From a virus (taxonomy: Duplodnaviria > Caudoviricetes), in the IMG/VR virus record IMGVR_UViG_3300046010_005980, positions 1 through 55,914 of that record: DNA of 55,914 bases; one strand, written 5' to 3'. A program made the translations under genes and the position numbers. This document shows positions 53,251 through 55,914 of this stretch, piece after piece (position 1 is the stretch's first letter; the number at the start of each line of letters is the position of its first letter). The notes under the pieces are model-generated. The model searched no databases. It was given only the letters and a program-made list of their open reading frames with translations, and had not been told where the DNA came from.

Positions 53251-55157
53251 CCGGCCTCTCCCCAATTGTTGCCGAGTTCTTGATCCACTTTGCTGGGGAC
53301 CTTGAGGGACAGCCCTTCTTCCATGATCTTGGTGATCCGGGCAGCCTGCTCGTCGGTCTCCACGTTGAAGCACAATTCGTCATGCACCGTGAGGAGCGGG
53401 ACCAGACCCTCCTCGTAGCACTGCGCCATGGCGAGTTTGTTCTGATCGGCAGCCGATCCTTGGATCACACGGTTCAGGGCCTTGTAGGTAAACGCCCGTC
53501 TCAGGCGACCCATCCCACCGTACTCACGCTGCGCGTCGTCGTACTTCATGGGCTTATTGTAGCCGAAGCTGGCGGGTTCCCAAAGATCAAAGCGGCACAG
53601 GCGGCCGCCGATTGTGCGAATCTTGCCCTCCCGATCTGCCCGCGTCGAGGCCAGCGTGGCCAGCTTCTTCACGAAGGGCACCTTGTCTTGGTACTCGGCC
53701 ATCAGGGCCTTGGCCTGCACGTCGGTCAGCCCGAGCTGGTTGGCAAGCTTGCCCACGCCCATGCCGTACATGATGCCGAGATTGATGGTCTTGGCGGACT
53801 TCCGGCTGATGCCCGCCATGTCGGCCACCATCTGGTGCAGGTCGGCGTCGCCCCTGTTGTACTCGTCCACAATGGACAGGACCAAAGGATCGCGCTCCGT
53901 CTCTGGGTGGCTGGCTGCGAAGTGCACCAAGAGCCGCGGTTCTTGGGAAGAGTAGTCGAACGACCCCCACTTGCATCCATCCTCCGGGACAAAAAGTCCC
54001 CGGATTAATCCTTTGATGTAGGGGTCTCTCGAAGGTATCTGCTGCAGGTTTGGGTTCGAGCTGCTGAAGCGCCCGGTCACAGTGCCGCCGTCGTCGGAGC
54101 GGAGCTGGTGCATTTCGCAGTGGATGCGGCCGTTGCTCTGGTAGCGCAGGATCGAGTCGATGAACGTGCTGTCAGCCTTGTCCATCTCGCGCAGGTTGAC
54201 GAGGGCCTTGGCCACCGGGTGGTCCATGGCCTGCAGGAACTGCTTGGTGAACGACGGCGCTCCGGCCTCGGTCCTTGGGTAGGGTAGGCCGAGGGCATCG
54301 AACATCTTCTGCACCGATGCGGCTGCCCATGGGTCAACCTTGACCCCGGACTCTTTGGCGATCCACGCGGCCAGCTCGTCGGCCTTCTTGCGCAGCTCCT
54401 TCTTGGCGATCTCGGCCTTGTCCAGATCGACGCGGACCCCGCGCATTCGCATGTCGATGACGGCCGGGAGCACACGGTGCTCCAGATCGCAGACGGACAG
54501 CAGGCTCTGGTCCTCGAGCTGGGGCTTCAGCCGCTCCCACAGCTTGAGCGTCAGCACCGCATCCTGCTCGGCGTAGACGCCCACGTAGCGGGCCGGGAGC
54601 TTCCACATCTCGGCCTTCGGATCGATGCCCCACTCTGCGGCTGCACTCTTCAGGACCTTCTCGTCCTTGCGCATGCCCAGATAGTCCTTGCCCAAGAGGT
54701 CAAGGCGGTAGGACAGGCGGTTCTCGTCCAAGAGCGGGGCGACCAGCATGGTATCGATCACCGGACCTTGGACCGTGATCCCCGAAGCCATGAGCCAGCC
54801 CAAGTCGTAGCTGGCGTTGTGCATGATCTTGGTGATGTGCGGCGTCGCAAGCTGCTTCTGCAGCCAGCGGAACACCACCTTCCTGTCAAGGTTCGGACCC
54901 TTGGCGTGGGCGATGGGGAAGTAGCCGGAGAAGTCCCCGGCCGCGATGGCGATACCGATGATCTCGCCATGCTTGGTTGCCCAGCCCGGACCCATGGTGG
55001 TCAGGTTAGGGTCCCGCGTTTCGAGGTCGATGGCCATCGTCCTGTTGTTCGTCAGGTCTGGAAACTCGGAGGGCATGAACCACTCGACGTCCGGGTTGGA
55101 CAGGTCCATCTTCAGCAGGAAGTCGTCCGTGCTGACGTCGAAGCGGTCTTTACTCAC
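53247..55157 (-). CDS. polA: Family A DNA polymerase with 3'-5' exonuclease
   Basis: IDLET, HNASYD, YAEQD exo motifs; TGRFSSSNPNLQQIP, DYSSQE, RKSAKTINLGIMYG, IQGSAAD, TVHDEL. Confidence 0.96.
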   Translation of the reverse strand: MSKDRFDVSTDDFLLKMDLSNPDVEWFMPSEFPDLTNNRTMAIDLETRDPNLTTMGPGWATKHGEIIGIAIAAGDFSGYFPIAHAKGPNLDRKVVFRWLQKQLATPHITKIMHNASYDLGWLMASGITVQGPVIDTMLVAPLLDENRLSYRLDLLGKDYLGMRKDEKVLKSAAAEWGIDPKAEMWKLPARYVGVYAEQDAVLTLKLWERLKPQLEDQSLLSVCDLEHRVLPAVIDMRMRGVRVDLDKAEIAKKELRKKADELAAWIAKESGVKVDPWAAASVQKMFDALGLPYPRTEAGAPSFTKQFLQAMDHPVAKALVNLREMDKADSTFIDSILRYQSNGRIHCEMHQLRSDDGGTVTGRFSSSNPNLQQIPSRDPYIKGLIRGLFVPEDGCKWGSFDYSSQEPRLLVHFAASHPETERDPLVLSIVDEYNRGDADLHQMVADMAGISRKSAKTINLGIMYGMGVGKLANQLGLTDVQAKALMAEYQDKVPFVKKLATLASTRADREGKIRTIGGRLCRFDLWEPASFGYNKPMKYDDAQREYGGMGRLRRAFTYKALNRVIQGSAADQNKLAMAQCYEEGLVPLLTVHDELCFNVETDEQAARITKIMEEGLSLKVPSKVDQELGNNWGEAG

Positions 55158-55443
55158 AGGCGCATTCCCCGGCGATGGCGGCGTAGGCAGCCGCGTCCAC
55201 ATAGTTGTCTTCGTGATAGCCCCCGTTCAGGGAGCGGGCGGCCTTGAGCAAGACCATCATCCACGCCACGTCCTCGGAAGTGATCGTCACTTGAAGCTCG
55301 TTCCTCTGGCTCAGGTATAGCGCCCAGAACTCTGCGATGTTGGACAGATTTTGTTCAACCGGGCCGTAGGAGTCCTGACGTTCGCCACCCGTCACCTCGG
55401 CTGCGCGCTTCAAGATTTCGATTCTTTTATGGTCAGACGACAT
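55150..55443 (-). CDS. DUF6378-like protein
   Basis: IL..A...GERQ.SYG...N...IA..W..YL...DVA.MM.LLK.AR...D.YVD.A.Y.A. Confidence 0.75.
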   Translation of the reverse strand: MSSDHKRIEILKRAAEVTGGERQDSYGPVEQNLSNIAEFWALYLSQRNELQVTITSEDVAWMMVLLKAARSLNGGYHEDNYVDAAAYAAIAGECACE

Positions 55444-55914
55444 AGCGGTAGTCCTTGTCTGTGTGCACGAAGCACAGGTGTTTCTTTGCCCGGCTGCCCA
55501 TGACATAGGCCAGACGGTGTTCGTCGTCGGGGAAGGCGGTGTTGACGCAGTCCTTGGTGGACGACAGATCGACTGCGACGTTGTCCTCCTCCCCACCCTT
55601 GGCCGCATGCCCCGTGGACACGGTGATCCGGGGTTCGCCCGAGATGTCCTCGCCCCGGCGCTCGAGGCCCCGGATGTACTCCGCCTCGGTCTCCCCGAGG
55701 TTCAAGACCCGAAGCGCGTCGAGCTGCTGTGGGGCGATCAGGCCCACGGCTGACACCAAATAGTCGTAGTCGTAGCTCTCCATCGGGCTGAGCGCCTCGA
55801 GGAGCTTGGTCGATCCCCGCTTCACCGCCGCAGCATCGCCCTGCTTGGGCAGCATCTCGTAGAGCGCCTTGATCGCGGCCAGCGGCAGCGCCTCCCCGCG
55901 CTGCAGCGCCCGCC
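55433..55914 (-). CDS. UvrD/Rep-like SF1 helicase C-terminus, start outside the window
   Basis: ITVSTGHAAKGGEEDNV and EHRLAYVMGSRAKKHL (motifs V/VI). Confidence 0.85.
   Translation of the reverse strand, partial: RALQRGEALPLAAIKALYEMLPKQGDAAAVKRGSTKLLEALSPMESYDYDYLVSAVGLIAPQQLDALRVLNLGETEAEYIRGLERRGEDISGEPRITVSTGHAAKGGEEDNVAVDLSSTKDCVNTAFPDDEHRLAYVMGSRAKKHLCFVHTDKDYRYVV

Noticed and set aside
1-55914. tRNA genes, integrase, recoded stop codons
   Set aside because: No cloverleaf with a T-loop consensus was spotted by eye (tRNAscan-SE not run); no recombinase motifs; core genes are intact in the standard code.

Overview
This window is an almost complete, circularly permuted genome of a GC-rich tailed dsDNA phage with podovirus-like architecture. 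A GapR/DUF2312 gene and a CCUCCUCCC 'cuckoo'-type hairpin point to an alphaproteobacterial, probably Rhodobacteraceae-like, host. The window starts inside a primase gene and ends inside a UvrD-like helicase gene, so the replication module is split across the two ends. Layout: (i) 1-4.3 kb replication genes (primase, free-standing HNH endonuclease, SSB-like protein, SNF2 helicase); (ii) 4.2-10.7 kb leftward cluster of small accessory genes; (iii) 10.8-13.3 kb candidate origin, terminase small subunit, resolvase-like nuclease and CTCTGCG repeats; (iv) 12.2-15.2 kb leftward early operon punctuated by GNRA hairpins; (v) 15.2-15.9 kb structured non-coding switch region; (vi) 15.9-53.0 kb rightward late region (GapR, polyvalent-type protein, SLT, giant low-complexity protein, TerL, portal, GroES, scaffold, major capsid, GIY-YIG, head-tail, tail fibre, lysis genes, tail stabilisation and internal virion proteins); (vii) 53.0-55.9 kb leftward DNA polymerase A (Leu762 type), DUF6378-like gene and helicase. 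No integrase, tRNA or CRISPR array was recognised. The most interesting signals are a set of unannotated structured elements (twin covarying bulged hairpins, a candidate anti-Shine-Dalgarno sRNA, a doubly pseudoknotted RNA, GNRA-hairpin gene cassettes) and a short peptide motif (Y/R-A-x-G-G-M/I-V) shared by unrelated late proteins. All family calls come from motif recognition by eye; no database searches were run.
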